Positions 48,501 through 61,860 of a stretch of 64,000 nucleotides of DNA are shown here, one piece after another. A program made the position numbers and the translations under genes. The stretch's first letter is position 1, and each line of letters begins with the position of its first letter. Source of the stretch: Trichinella spiralis (taxonomy: Eukaryota); the NCBI RefSeq assembly GCF_000181795.1, contig NW_003526941.1:6439659-6503658 (forward strand), given 5' to 3'. A model generated the notes under the pieces. That model ran no database searches. It was not told where the DNA came from and saw nothing but the letters and a program-made list of their open reading frames with translations.

Positions 48501-51500
48501 CTTTTTGAATACCGCTCTACCAGTGATGATGCATGACATGCAATAATTGCACAATTTTTCTCGAATAATAATAAAAATAATTAATCAACAAAATTTGAAA
48601 TTTTAAATCAATTTAAGCTAATTTTTCAAATGTCGCTGTTAATGAGAGTTGATGAAATATGTCAAGAATTGCATTTTTCATTTCAAAAATCAAGACCATG
48701 TCAGAATTAGGTGACAATTTTCTAAACTTGAAAATCAATTTTTTTACAAAACAAAAAAAAGAAGATTACACCATTTTCCATTAAAAATAAATAACTACAT
48801 TTGCAATTTCCACCTTGAAATTTTATGGCGATAAAAGAAGAAGCAGTTAACTTTTAGTGAAGGTAATAAAACATAAAAAGGTGTAATGTTTCTCAACTGC
48901 GAATTGAAAAGTATGCAAATAATAAATAAATAAATTACATTAAAAACGAAGAAACAAAAAATAGTTTGAAATTTACATAGCAAATAACAAAATGGTGCTT
49001 TTTGTTTTGCACTTGTAGTAATATTTTCAAAAAGCGTGGTTTAGCATGAAAAGCAAGAAAAAAGCAGAAGATCGATAAAACCCTTTCTTCTTTGATGAAC
49101 AAGTGTAATTTACATGTTGTGCATTTGATACGAATGAATAATTTATTTCAGAAAGCCAAGTACAATATATTTGATGTATGTAGTATAGAATAAGTAAGTT
49201 TCAATTGTTCACACATTCGAAAGAAAATGGGATAATAGCAAAAATTGTAGCAGTTGATTTTTGTCAAATTTAAAATTTTTTACAAAATATTGCAACACTG
49301 AATTATTAAGATTCTGTGATGTGGTAATTGTGCTGACGTAGAAGCGGTATAATTCCACTAGCATTTACATATGTCGCATGTCTGCAGCACATGGCAGGGA
49401 ATGTTGAAATGGCACCAAGTGTCGCGACGTTCTTGCACAGAGCAAGCTTGTAGTTGAAGTTCAACCCACAAAAAGTGTCAGCTGTTTCTGCTGCTTTACT
49501 AAAGCTAAGCTCCAGCTTTTCAGCTTGCATTGAAATTTCATAATACACCTTCTCTTCTTCATATTCTACACGCAAAATGTTTGAAAATTGAAAACAGCAA
49601 TTTTTCACATCACCCACCGCCACAACAACAGCAACATATTTGAATTAACAAAAAAAGCAACTGCGGTAATTAATAATAATTTGTCGACAAAATTTTGACA
49701 CTTTTTCCATCATCATCCAATAACAACAATAATAACAATAATTTTTACGTCTATTTTGAAGCTACTGGAGAGTTAACTGATCTGAATTGCAGGTAGAAGA
49801 AGATGAAAGACATTCTTCAATAATAATAATAATTTAAAATGAAATTTTTTTCAAATTCCACTTCAGTCAAATATCAGCTGATCAAAGATGAATATTGCTA
49901 TGTATACATGATATACGTAGATACTTTTTGTTTCAGAAAAATTTGAACAACGGAACATGCCAAACGAAATGACAAGCAAACACAACCCAACACACGGATC
50001 CCCTTCATCGGCCAAAACTTCCATTAATACTAATTATAACAAACAGGTAAGAAAAACATTTTTTTTATTATAACACAAATTACATTGTCAATTTTCATTT
50101 TCTTCCGATAATCAATAAACCAACAAATAACAACACCAACAACAAAATTAATATTTCTGATTTTTCATATTACTGTTATTATTAAACTGATGATACTCTT
50201 GAATTGAACATTTGCAAAACGCAAAAAGAGAAAAAAAAATTAAATATTCCCCTGAATTTATAAGAATCATAAGAATTTTAAATCAACTTGTCATTTAATT
50301 TAATAAACTGAGAACAAAGATTCATATTCGTTTATTTTTGAAATTAATATCCGGAAAGCAATTGTCAGTTTGAAATGCCAATGCTGCTTTTATGCTTCAT
50401 TCAATTGTCGCGCATTTATTTATAAATTAATAAATTGTTCCTCGCAAAAGCTTGTCTTATGAGCAAGTAAAACTTACATACGTATAAGTAATATACATAT
50501 GAGATTGGCATACGGAGAACAAAGTAACAAAAAAAGTTGAACAGTTTCATCACAAATTCCAACATAATTACTGTGTAAAAGTTATAATAAATCATTTTTA
50601 AAAAAAGTGTTACAAATGTTACAGTACCACGAGTCAAAAGCTAACAAATTGTAAATCTTAAATTTTCAACGATATTTCACACCTTTTTAAAACTATTCTT
50701 CCACTATATATACATATGTATGTCCCTTCTTTCTTTTCATCACTGGACTCCAAAGAGCGCGAAAATAGCACAATATCTAATAACTTCCATATATCTCTTA
50801 TTTATACATCACAGATCGTTCCAGTTATGAATTACTTCAATATAGAAGCAACAATAGCAAAATATTTATTAGCATTTGTCAAAATGCTCTTTTGGAGATG
50901 ACGATTGTCGTTTCTCTATAAATTTGCATCCCATAATTTCAATGGATAATAACTTTTGATCAAAATACGCAGTACACAATAATTTCCGTGTGGAAAATAA
51001 CGCTACGCATAGGAAATCGAAACCGCTGAATATTACAATCAAATCTATTACAAATTTAACACGAAATTGGTGTTTACACAAAATTAAATACTAAATAAGA
51101 TACACCGTTTTTGTTGATATGCAAAATAAAATTTCTTCTACAAAATATTTCTTTTTTGCATTTTTCAAATAATAAATTTAAGAAGCTATTCTATAAATAA
51201 ATAAATTGTTGCTTTGGAAACTTTAATGTTTAAAAAGTACGGATAAACGCGCACACAAACAGAACTGCATAGCACAATTGCCAATAGATAGCTTTTATTT
51301 GATACGCATTGATTTCTGCCAAATATTTAATTAAAGCTTGAAAGGGATAAGACATAAGCCAACGGATAAATAAAATTCATGTTTACACAAATTGTTTCGA
51401 TATAAATATCAATAAAAATTTAAATATTCATTGATAAAGTTAAAAAGGAGAATAAAGGATTTCAAAGATGAGGTTTCAAAATTTTGTTTTCAATTAAATA

Positions 51501-54500
51501 ATATTATTATTATTCTAAAAAGAAAATAATCCTAGCATAGATCTACATAACTTGCACTAGTTGATTTGTTTCAAGAGTCATAATATGCTCTATCAATTAC
51601 AGACAGTTAGTTAATAGCTGCTTAAAGCAGAGAATCAGAAAATGCAGAAATTGTTAAATTCATTTCCCCAATAATCTCAATCGTTGGAAAAAAAACTAAA
51701 AACAACAACAATCCTTTGCAAATAATGGCATCAATAGTAGAGACAACTGCTGTGTATGCTTGCTTTTTCAACTTTATTTTTTTTCCTACATTTCCTTAAG
51801 AAACAGCTGCTGCTTGATTTGTTCGTGAAATAAATTTTTCATAGGTAGAAGACGGGGATAAAAAAATCCCTTTTACCAATAGGCAATGGTGTGCAGTCTG
51901 TCAAATTTTCAATTCTGACCAATTGTTTCGCGCAAAACTGCAGAAAAATAGAAATTTAAACAATTATGAAAATTTTTCAAATATAATATTATTCAATCAC
52001 GGGAAAAGTTAATTATAATATCAACAATGATATGATTTTTCCCGATGTTCCATGCTGAGATTAAAAATACCACCACGACAAAAGTGCGTTCATTATTTTC
52101 CCACATGGAGAAACACTTTTCTCAACATACATTTCCAATAAATACAAAGAGGGTAAGTCAACATCCCTTATATATTATATAAATATAATTGTTAAATTCC
52201 ACTGCTTTTCTTTTCAAAATTCTCCCCAAAAAGCACTCGCATATATTGTTGCACTACACAATGCATTAGCATAATTGTAGTATGAATAAGAACTGTTCCA
52301 CGTGAAAGACTTTCTTCGATCATTAAAAATTCACCAGAAATTAATCAATATATGAAATAACTGACGAATTAATTTACACTTGTTGAAATAGCGTAGAAAA
52401 GAAAATTAAAAAAAACAGATAGCAAATTCATTTTTCATATCTTCTTTGATTTTTTTGAAATAACATCATTCTGTTGTAATTTCAAATCAGCTTTCAGTGA
52501 TGCGTTTTTATTTTATATTCTAGTAAAGTAAATTTTTCAAATTAATAAATTCACCTTTTTAATTTCCTTCTTTTATTTATTAATTCGAAAATCCTTTTTT
52601 TTCAATTTAAATTATTGCACTTTCACTTTCTCAACAACAACAACAACATCATCATCATCAATACTTTGAAATGTTATATTTCAATAATTGATAATAGATT
52701 TAAAAAAAATTTTTAATTATAAGATAAAAGAAAGAAAGAACATATTAAGAAGAAACGCATATTATATTACTTGATGTGAACAATTTTGCCCACAGTAACT
52801 GAACTTCACAGCGTGGAAATTAAAAATGAATTATCATAATTATTTTTGGATTGGCACGAATAAAAATCTAAAAACTTATCCACTTCCATAATATGCAATC
52901 AAAACCTCAGTATGATCCGTCCAATTACAAAATTATCTTTACTGTACTGTTTTCAATATTTCGAGAATTTCAATTACATCACAACCGGACAAATGTAATA
53001 TGCAAATTTCATTGCTGTTTTCTTGTACCAATGACTGATTGACTGACTGGGCATGTGCTAATATGATTTTTTATGCTTCACGATTCATTACTTTTTTCAT
53101 TTCATTTAATAAATAATAATAAATTATTATAAAGTCAAAATTTTCATTTCTATTCAAAAAGTAAATTGAAAGAACAAGAAAAGAAAAAAGCAAAGTCATT
53201 TTGCCGAAAAAAGTTATCATACAATGATGACCAAGTTGACAATACTCGAAGCCATTTTCATTTGACCGAATGAAATTGCAAAGGAAAGAATAGAATAGAA
53301 TAGAATAATGATAATGAAAAAAAAATATTCAAAATTATGCACCACAAAATATTAAAATATAATTTCATACATTTTTTTTTCAAACGATAATTTTTGAAAG
53401 AAAAAAGATCTTCTCTCTTTCTTCAGATTTGATATTCGAAATACTTTTTTCTTACAGCTTTTGCATTAATAATAATATTCTTTAATTAAAAATAGTTGGA
53501 GACATTTCTCAAATAGATGTATTTTCTTAATCAAATTTATATATCACATCAATTAGAGTTATTGAAATGCAAGAAAACAGAAGCTTAATGGAAAAATAAA
53601 TGTTAATCTTTTTTTAAATTATACGGATAAAATGAATATTGTAAAATGATGTGCGATAAAATTAATAATATTATGGCTTCGCACTGATGATAATGCAGAC
53701 CGGCGTAAAGACAATAATTTTAATAATCAACATCAGCAATGCTAAATCAATGTTTTGTCTTACAAATTGATGCTCATCAACGGCACAACGTGAACAAACG
53801 ATAGTCACAACAACAATATTAATAATAATAATACCATCAATTGTTAAGCAATTATAAAATCAAAAATGAATAAATAAATAATATGTTCCACATTTCCACT
53901 ATAATATGAAAACGATAATTTAATCTGATGAAGCAAGCAAGCAATCGATGAAAAAGTACAACAAACAACGCAAGCACGCACACACAAAGAGAGAGAGAGA
54001 CTGTTTGTTTTCTAAGTTTAACGAAATGGTGCCCTGGGAGCTTTGCCTTTGCGAGCTCTTATCGAATGAAATTAAATCAAGAAATTGATTCTACTGCTGC
54101 TGCTACCGCCGCTATCAACGTTTAGCTTTCAAAGCTATTCAGTCAGTAGCATCTCTGAAGTGACTGCTTCCCCCCCCCCCTCCCCTACTCTCCCCTCCCC
54201 CGCACACCACACCCCACTCACACAGAGGCACTGTTGCTACAATGATAATTTTTCCTCCAAAACCAATATTCATAATCATAAGAAATAACCATCCATTTCC
54301 CTCTCCAAGTAATGATGATTCTAATTTCTACCACTTTCCACTACCATCTCAACTGCAGTTTTGTCAATTGAAAAGCATCACTTCTTCCCTTTTAAATTAA
54401 TTACTTCTTTTTATTCCAACATTCGTCGTCCTCCATTACGACAACAACGTTTGGTTAATTTAATTAATTTTACACATTTGACTGTTGCTATTATTTTCAT

Positions 54501-57500
54501 ATTCAAAGAACAAACAAAGACCCATTTGTAAAAATAAGCTGTTTTCTTTTGAATAATTTTTTCTTAATTGAAAAGCAACTTGTCACTTGGTGAGAGAGAG
54601 AGAGGGAGAGAAATTCCATATGCCGCCCCCGCCGAGTGCTTTTCGTTTAAAACATATGAACGGAAATGTTAAATGTTCCATCTGAGACGCCAGCCAGCCT
54701 TTTTATTTTCCGATAGTTATTTCGTTGCTGCTAACCGCTGCCAAGCGTTCTTCTTTGCCGGTTATTATAACTATTATTATCATTATTAGATATTTCATTA
54801 TTTTATAATTGTTATCTGTTTCTTCAACTGATGCTACTACTATCACTACAATTGTAATAATAAATTATAATTAATATTCATCTTCAGGAAGTGAAAAAGC
54901 ACAGTCTTGGTGCTAACGAAAAAGTGCACCTGAAAAAAATGTCTTCCAATGGAGAAGATCAACAACAAGCGGATTGGATCGATCCAATTTATTTGGCTTT
55001 GAAAATGGCAAACGAAATGGCCCAACGTCGACGAAGCAGTCTGAAATCACCGCAACAAACCGGCGCCCACTGCAATGCCAAAAGTCCCCAACTTTCACAA
55101 ATGAACAGTTACGATTCAAACGAATTTTCTCGCAGCAGTGTAAGTAGTTTTTTTTTTAATTTATTCATCTTATTAATTTATTTAAAATTAATAAATAAGA
55201 AGCATTCAAGTTTAATTATACGCACACATATATATATATAGCGTGATTCGTTGTTCACTCGCAAACAAAGTTGCTGCCAAATTTCTCTAACCAATTCTTC
55301 AATGACAAGCAGCTCTAGAAGCAGTCCTGGATCAATTGCACCAGTTGGTAAGTGAAATTAATTTAAAATTCAATTTCTCACACCAACAATATATATATTA
55401 TAATAATTTGTTGCTTTTTTTTAAAAAAAATTACACTGTAGCAGTTCAATCGAGCCCAAATTTAACTTCACAAAAGTCAACCGAAAGCAACGAAAGCGAC
55501 CCTTACGACAGCAAATCATCACGAGGTAACTGATTAATATTAATATTAATCACAATATTATAATTAGTTTCGGAGATGATTTTCATTTTCTTGAAAAAAA
55601 AAATTTTTTTCACTAACGAATTATTTATGCGTAGCATGTTAAAGGTTAAATATTTTTATCAAAGCAAATTCCTTTTTTTTCTTTTGAAAATCATCAGAGA
55701 CTAAATTTGAAAATTATCCAATCAGGAAATTAATATTAAAATTAGCATTCAGTGTAGGAATAGATTTTTCAACTAAAAAAATGCAATCCAAAATCGAACA
55801 CAGCTCATTAATATATTAATGAAAAGTTGTTGAATAAGTTCTTTCCTTTTATTCAACGTTGAAATGCAATTGCATATTCGAATAAATTCAACTGAACAAA
55901 AGCAAGAAAAAGTAGTTTCGAATGAATGAATAAACATAAAAAATAAAACCACCTTCTTCGATTACATTCAAAAATTTGAATTCAATCTGTGCCAATAATT
56001 TACTTTCGCCTACTGATGAAATGTCAAAGTAGTTCAAGATCAACGTTTTCAAATTTATCGAATTGATAATAAATTCCTTTATCGAATGCGATTTAAGAGA
56101 AAGGATTTATCAAATTTATCATTTCTTGTCATCAATTTCATTAAAGTGAATTTTTTCCATTCAACCACAATGACCAATTAATTTTCACATAAAAAAAAAA
56201 CAAAACTACTTCCGTCCATTCTTTATTTGATTTCACTTTCTCCACTTATCAATTGGCGTGACAAATGGAGACACTTTTCAACTGATACTTTTTAATTAAA
56301 ACAAGCGCACCATCTTTTTCATCTATTTTTTAAAACTACCATTTACCATAAAATAAGAATAAAAATTGATTTTGCACTATTTTTTCCCAAAGAAAAAAAA
56401 ATTCCCAGTGATATGTACAACAACGCACAATACGCACTTTGATGATAATTTGAAATTTTCAAAAGCAAAGAAATTTGATACTCGCTTTTTTATTCATCAC
56501 ATAAAAGAGGCTCTGAAAAAATTCCACCCACTAAAATTCATTGCACGTTCAATCGAATCAATTTTGATTATATAAAAATTCATATCTGCGAAAAAATTTT
56601 TTCTTTTAAATTACAGTTACTGCACAGCATATTCGTAAGCTTGGAATGAAAATGAAAAGCTTTTCGTTGGATTGCGAGCAACCGTCAGAAACCGCAGGTA
56701 TGCTTTATCATTTTACGGTAACGTTATGTGGAAAATAATTTTTTTTGAATATTCGTAAACAGGATTTAGCCAACTGAAAGGCGGACACTGTTTCAAAGTT
56801 CGTCCAATTTCAAAACAATACTCTTCAGAATATAACGATGACGACAGTGCATTGGAAAGTGATGTTAGCAGTTCGTCAAACATCAATTTCATCACGGTGA
56901 AAAATATATACTTTAATAACAATAAAAAAAATTCAATTAAAAATATTATTATAATTTAGGCAAAAAGCGCCAATCAAGTATCACCCACTGTTTACATAGT
57001 GACACACGATTTTCGAGCAAAATTCGTCGACGAGCTAGATCTGAAGTAGCATTTATATATATATATGATAATTTCATCCTCTTCCCTATACATTCTTAAC
57101 TTTATTATTTTTTAAAGAAAAGGGGAACGAGTGATGGTTTTGGATAAATCAGATCCTGATTGGTGGCAGGTAAAAATATGAAGGGTATTTTTGATAGCAA
57201 TTATTTTATTAAATTATCACTTTTCAAGGGATACAAAAGTAACGAAATAATCGGTCGTTTTCCATCAACATGCACAAGTAGAATTTACATGAACGAACGA
57301 CCCATGCAAGTGGTGCAGAATTTGAACCTCTGGGACGGGTCAGTAAATCTACGGTTATACCGAGATCAGGTAGAATATAATAATGATAATAATAAAAATA
57401 AACAATTGCCTCAAATTTTGCTTTTTTTCTCTTTTTAATTATAATTGTCTCTCATTTCAAAGGTCGTATTTGCTCAAAATGAAGATGAAGACGGTTTAGT

Positions 57501-57573
57501 GTTGGTTCGTACAGAAAAGCATCGCCGTATCAACTGCCCTGCTAACTATTTGCTGCCGTTGGGAAACAAGTAA
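45519..57573 (+). CDS. STAC: STAC-like tandem-SH3 adaptor (no C1 domain seen)
   Basis: In-phase exons 45519-45570, 49937-50046, 54888-55139 and further exons to 57573. Motifs IDPIYLALK (STAC DPVYETL-like) and KLGMKMKSFSLD; SH3 VYIVTHDFRAKFVDELDLKKGERVMVLDKSDPDWWQG...IGRFPS; atypical second SH3 ERPMQVVQN...LRLYRDQVVF...CPANYL. The two 5' exons are less certain than the 54888-57573 core. Confidence 0.82.
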
Positions 57574-57736
57574 TTTAAAAAAGAAGAACCAAAGAAACAA
57601 AAACAGCTTTAAATCTTTTAAATAACAATTCTGTTCTTAATCCCATTCCCATTATTATTATTATCATAACATAAAAACTGCTAAACTCTCCAACATTTCA
57701 GAACTACCTGGTTAAACAAACAAACATACATGCGCG

Positions 57737-57745
57737 CACACACAA

Positions 57746-57777
<32 letters not shown>

Positions 57778-57778
57778 C
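57737..57778. repeat. Compound (CA)n(TA)n microsatellite in the STAC 3' region
   Basis: A CA tract immediately followed by a TA tract. Confidence 0.85.
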
Positions 57779-58452
57779 TGTATATGCCTTCCTCTTGAAA
57801 AATTGAATTCTGACTTTTTTTTAAAGTTTCACTTTTTATAGCAACAAATTTTGCTTGTTTGGTTGGCTTTTGAATTAAAAATACTCAAACCGTTTCCAAA
57901 AGAAATTGAACCTACTTTTTTACAAATCTACAGTGAAATAGTAGTACAATTTNGAAATATGACCTNGATTCGATTTGATTTTCAACTGGATTGAAATGTA
58001 ATTTCAGTCGAAAAAAAAAAAGAAAACCTGAAAATAATCCAAAATTATATTTCGCGACTGCTTCTAAAAAAANTATTATTTTACTTTTTTTTTTTCAACG
58101 ACCACAAATTTGCGTTTTGCATTGTCAGCGCTGAAATGGGCGTTGTTTAGAGAAAAGAAAAAAAAAAATTCAGTCATTTTTAAAATTTTTGAAAAATTTT
58201 TTTAATTTGTCATTATTCTAATCGATGCCTAAGCGAAACAACGCCCTGCGTTCATGGTTGGAACCCAGGCATGAATCAAACTGATGCATGTAATTCGGCA
58301 TATGTATTTTACGATAAGAAAGAAAAAAAAATGGGGAAGTTCATAATTTTTCTTTTTTGCAATATTTGATTTTTAAAGCTAAATTTGTGAAGAAGTGTGA
58401 AATTATTTTTGAAAAAGCAAGCAACAATGATGAACAATGATGAAATTTGTTG

Positions 58453-61424
58453 TCAAGAGTTGGTATTTTCAGGGGAGTAGGGTTCTGCTATGCGTTTGTC
58501 GCGCAGTTGAGCAAGGGAAATTTTTCTCGCTTTCGACATTCGTTGATTGAAAACTTTCTAAAAGCGCAACACACAATGCACAATGGATATGCAAAAAGGG
58601 AAAAGTTTCAAATGCCCCACTTTTTCCAATTTGGACAATTTACATAACTGCCCGTCTTCTGGCGGCAAACCAAGTTGAAAAACTTCGCGTACAAACTGGT
58701 TCTCCTAATGAAAAATGGTCAAAATTGAGAAAATTCAACTCCACCCCCGGGTGGGAGGGGAAAGACAACAATCACTAAGCTGACAAACGTTGGACGTTGT
58801 GGAACAAAAAGAAAAATAAAAGTCTCTACCTTCAGCTGAGTATTCATTCCACTCGCGAACACACTGCAAAACATTTCGTAAAATAATTTCCAACACCAAG
58901 AATCAATTATCAGCGTTTCATTGCCAAATTTAACTTTGAAGCAGGGTGCAAATCCATCCTGCAAAAACAACACCACTTTTGGACGAAGATGAAGATGATT
59001 CATTATAATTATAATAATAAGAGAAGAAGGAGGAAGAGGAGGAAGAATAAGAAGAAGAAAATAATGATGATGAATCACAACCACAACAACAATAACAACA
59101 ACCACGACAACAAAAACCATTTTCACACTCATACCATCAGTGGAAGTGAACAAGAAAAGGAAGAGAATACAGAAAATTATAATTAAGAAAAAAATCAATC
59201 ACTTACCTTTACCGCTGCATAAATGTCACGAAAAGAGGAACGTTGTAGACGACGATCTCGTTTTGTCTGACACTTTTCCGACGCGACCGACATTTCTTGC
59301 ATAACAGACAAAATGTACTGATGATTTTCCGCATAAAATGCACCATCGTAAACGTTTCTGGCCAATTCATATATTAAAGCTAACGTCTCGCCGGTGGCAA
59401 CACGAACATCAACCGATGAACTTTCCAAATATGCGCTAAGCCTCGGCAGATAACTGAAACGAAACCACCGCAGAACAATATTCAAAAAAAAACACTACAG
59501 TAAAATGAATATTACTGTAACGAAATAATTTTACAGTATTTGCACTTAATTTTTATATTATCTTTTTTCAACGTCATTCAACAAATAAAATACTGAATAA
59601 ATACAAAACGCCTCGTTTGTTAATCAAAAAAAATTGATTCAAAAATACAAAAAATACAAATAATTAATAATCAAACATACTTTTTGAGAGTATCTTTCAA
59701 ATATGGCGCGGGAAGTTGCGTCAGCAAAACTGCCCACGAAGAGACCGCCGCGCAGAACACTGGAACGGACGCGGCAGACGTGCTAACAGGTTTCGTCTGC
59801 GTCCAAACATTGCCCAACGTTTGAATTGCATCACTAATATCCTAAAAATGAGAATATAATTGATTAATTGTACAACATTTTAATTGATTCATCAATAAAT
59901 AATACTTCCAACTCTTCTACTGCTGCAAACGTACAAAGTGCTAATGACGTGGCGCACTGAAAAAATAAAAAAAACTTTTTCACTTTTTTTGTACAAATTA
60001 TCCCCCCTATACAGAATACAGCTTGATCTATTGATTCATTTATAAACTTTAAACTAACCAAGCATCGCAGTTTTGGCAATCTGTTATTGTCAGTTAAATT
60101 ATTTCTCATAACTGACATCATTTTGCAAAGCAAACTGCACGAATCGGTGCCTAATTGAAGTGCTAATAGCGTTGCCAAATGTATACACACTTCAAGCTCA
60201 TTTTGTGTACATTTTCGTACTGACCTGTCCAAATTATCAGCAAACGTCACTTTCCTAAATTCAAAGTAACAAAAATTCTTCCTTATTTGAAAATTTTTCT
60301 CTTTTTCAAAACAAAATTTATATATACCAATTTTCAAGAACAGTGGGAAGATAATGCCGACTGAAGCAATGCTGAACGGATTTCAGAGCGGCCAGACGAG
60401 CTGCCGAACTAGAGAAAGATACCAAACACCAGTAAAGATCAGGAACACTGGAATAGAAATTTACATACCTCTTGCCGGACATGTTATCAATGTATTCTTT
60501 TAATTTTTCTTCCAATGATTCAACATCACTGACGGCATTTCCATCTTAAAAATAACAAATTTCATCTGAACAAATAAATGTAAAAATTAAATAAACAATA
60601 TATACGACATAATAATTGTCAAATCATTTTTTTATTTACTAAAAGTTCTTCTGATCATCCGGCAAACAATTAAAAAATTGTTATTATGCTCAGTAAACAC
60701 GCCTACTAAAATTCGTATTTTAATTGAAACGATACTCGTCAAAATTATGTTATCGAGCAATAGTTAACAAATAATCAGGTGCTGCACAGACAAAATAAAA
60801 ATTGTCACAACGAGAATGACCTAAACTACATTTCACATGAAAATTTTCTACATACTGAAATAAAATAAACAATTCTAGAAAAAATAATCACAAAATTGAT
60901 AAAAATACTTTCAACTGTAACTATTAACATGAACAATTAGAAATTCAATCTGATGAAATGTCCAACAGAAATTAAATTATTTTTGAAAATACAGCTCTAA
61001 ATAAACAAAAACTAAATTAAACCTGATAAATTATTTGTTGGTAGAAAAAACTTCAGATGAACACAAAGTGATGAAACAAGCCATTTTTGATACTACCTGA
61101 ATTACAAATTTCAATCATTCATTATTTGAAAAAATACAATTCTTAATTGACATGCAAGAGTAATAATAAAATGACAAAAAAAAATTATTCATACTTTCTT
61201 CATCTATGGAAATGTCATCAAAAGAAATTTGAGATATTTCGCTCGCGGCGCAACTCGCACGATCGTCATCATTGTCATCTTGCACGGCAATGATGCGCGC
61301 TAAAAAACTCATTAGAATATATTCATTGTACAAAACAAAAAATCAAAATTAAACGACTGATGTGCTCAATATTGAAAATCAAATTACCTTTTGATTTATT
61401 TACACCTTGTCGTTTTCTGGGCAT
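58453..61424 (-). CDS. IFRD1: Interferon-related developmental regulator (IFRD family)
   Basis: MPRKRQG start; EEKLKEYIDNMSGK|SSAARLAAL; LATLLALQLG; CATSLALCTF; VDVRVATGETLALIYELAR; KRDRRLQRSSFRDI; VKFGNETLIIDSW; GMNTQLKENQFVREVFQLG; ARKISLAQLRDKR. Stop at 58453-58455. Confidence 0.93.
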
Positions 61425-61860
61425 AGTTCAAAAAATGAAACGACATCTACGTGCAACACGAACACAACAATATCACTGATCATAGTATAAACGATTGTTA
61501 GGTTCAATTGTGGTCAGTTTAAAATCATGTTTAAACAAGTTTTTTTAGTTCAAAATCGCTTTGAAATTATTTAAATAATTATAATTTAATAAAAAAAATT
61601 TATTAATAATGATAAAAATGTAATTTGGAAAGTTCTTTAAATCAAATTCTTTTTTTTCTAAATTCTGATTCTCTTGTAATTAATATAATTACTATAAAAA
61701 TTTCTGCTTCATCATTTTAATTGTTTTTACAAAATAAATGATAAGAAATACTTTTAAATTTGATTTCAATTCAAAATAATTTTTACTTACTTGTAATTTC
61801 ATTCACTGTAACGTCTTACTGTAATTTGTTGATTTCAAATATGCAGCTCGTCGGTTGACG
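61425..61860. promoter_or_regulatory. Short divergent promoter region between IFRD1 and RBM19
   Basis: Head-to-head start codons separated by 436 bp of very AT-rich sequence; inferred from geometry only. Confidence 0.5.

Noticed and set aside
58960..59207. ORFs 58719-59198(-) and 58989-59186(+) as separate genes
   Set aside because: They are triplet-repeat low-complexity sequence in an IFRD1 intron, running into a true IFRD1 exon.
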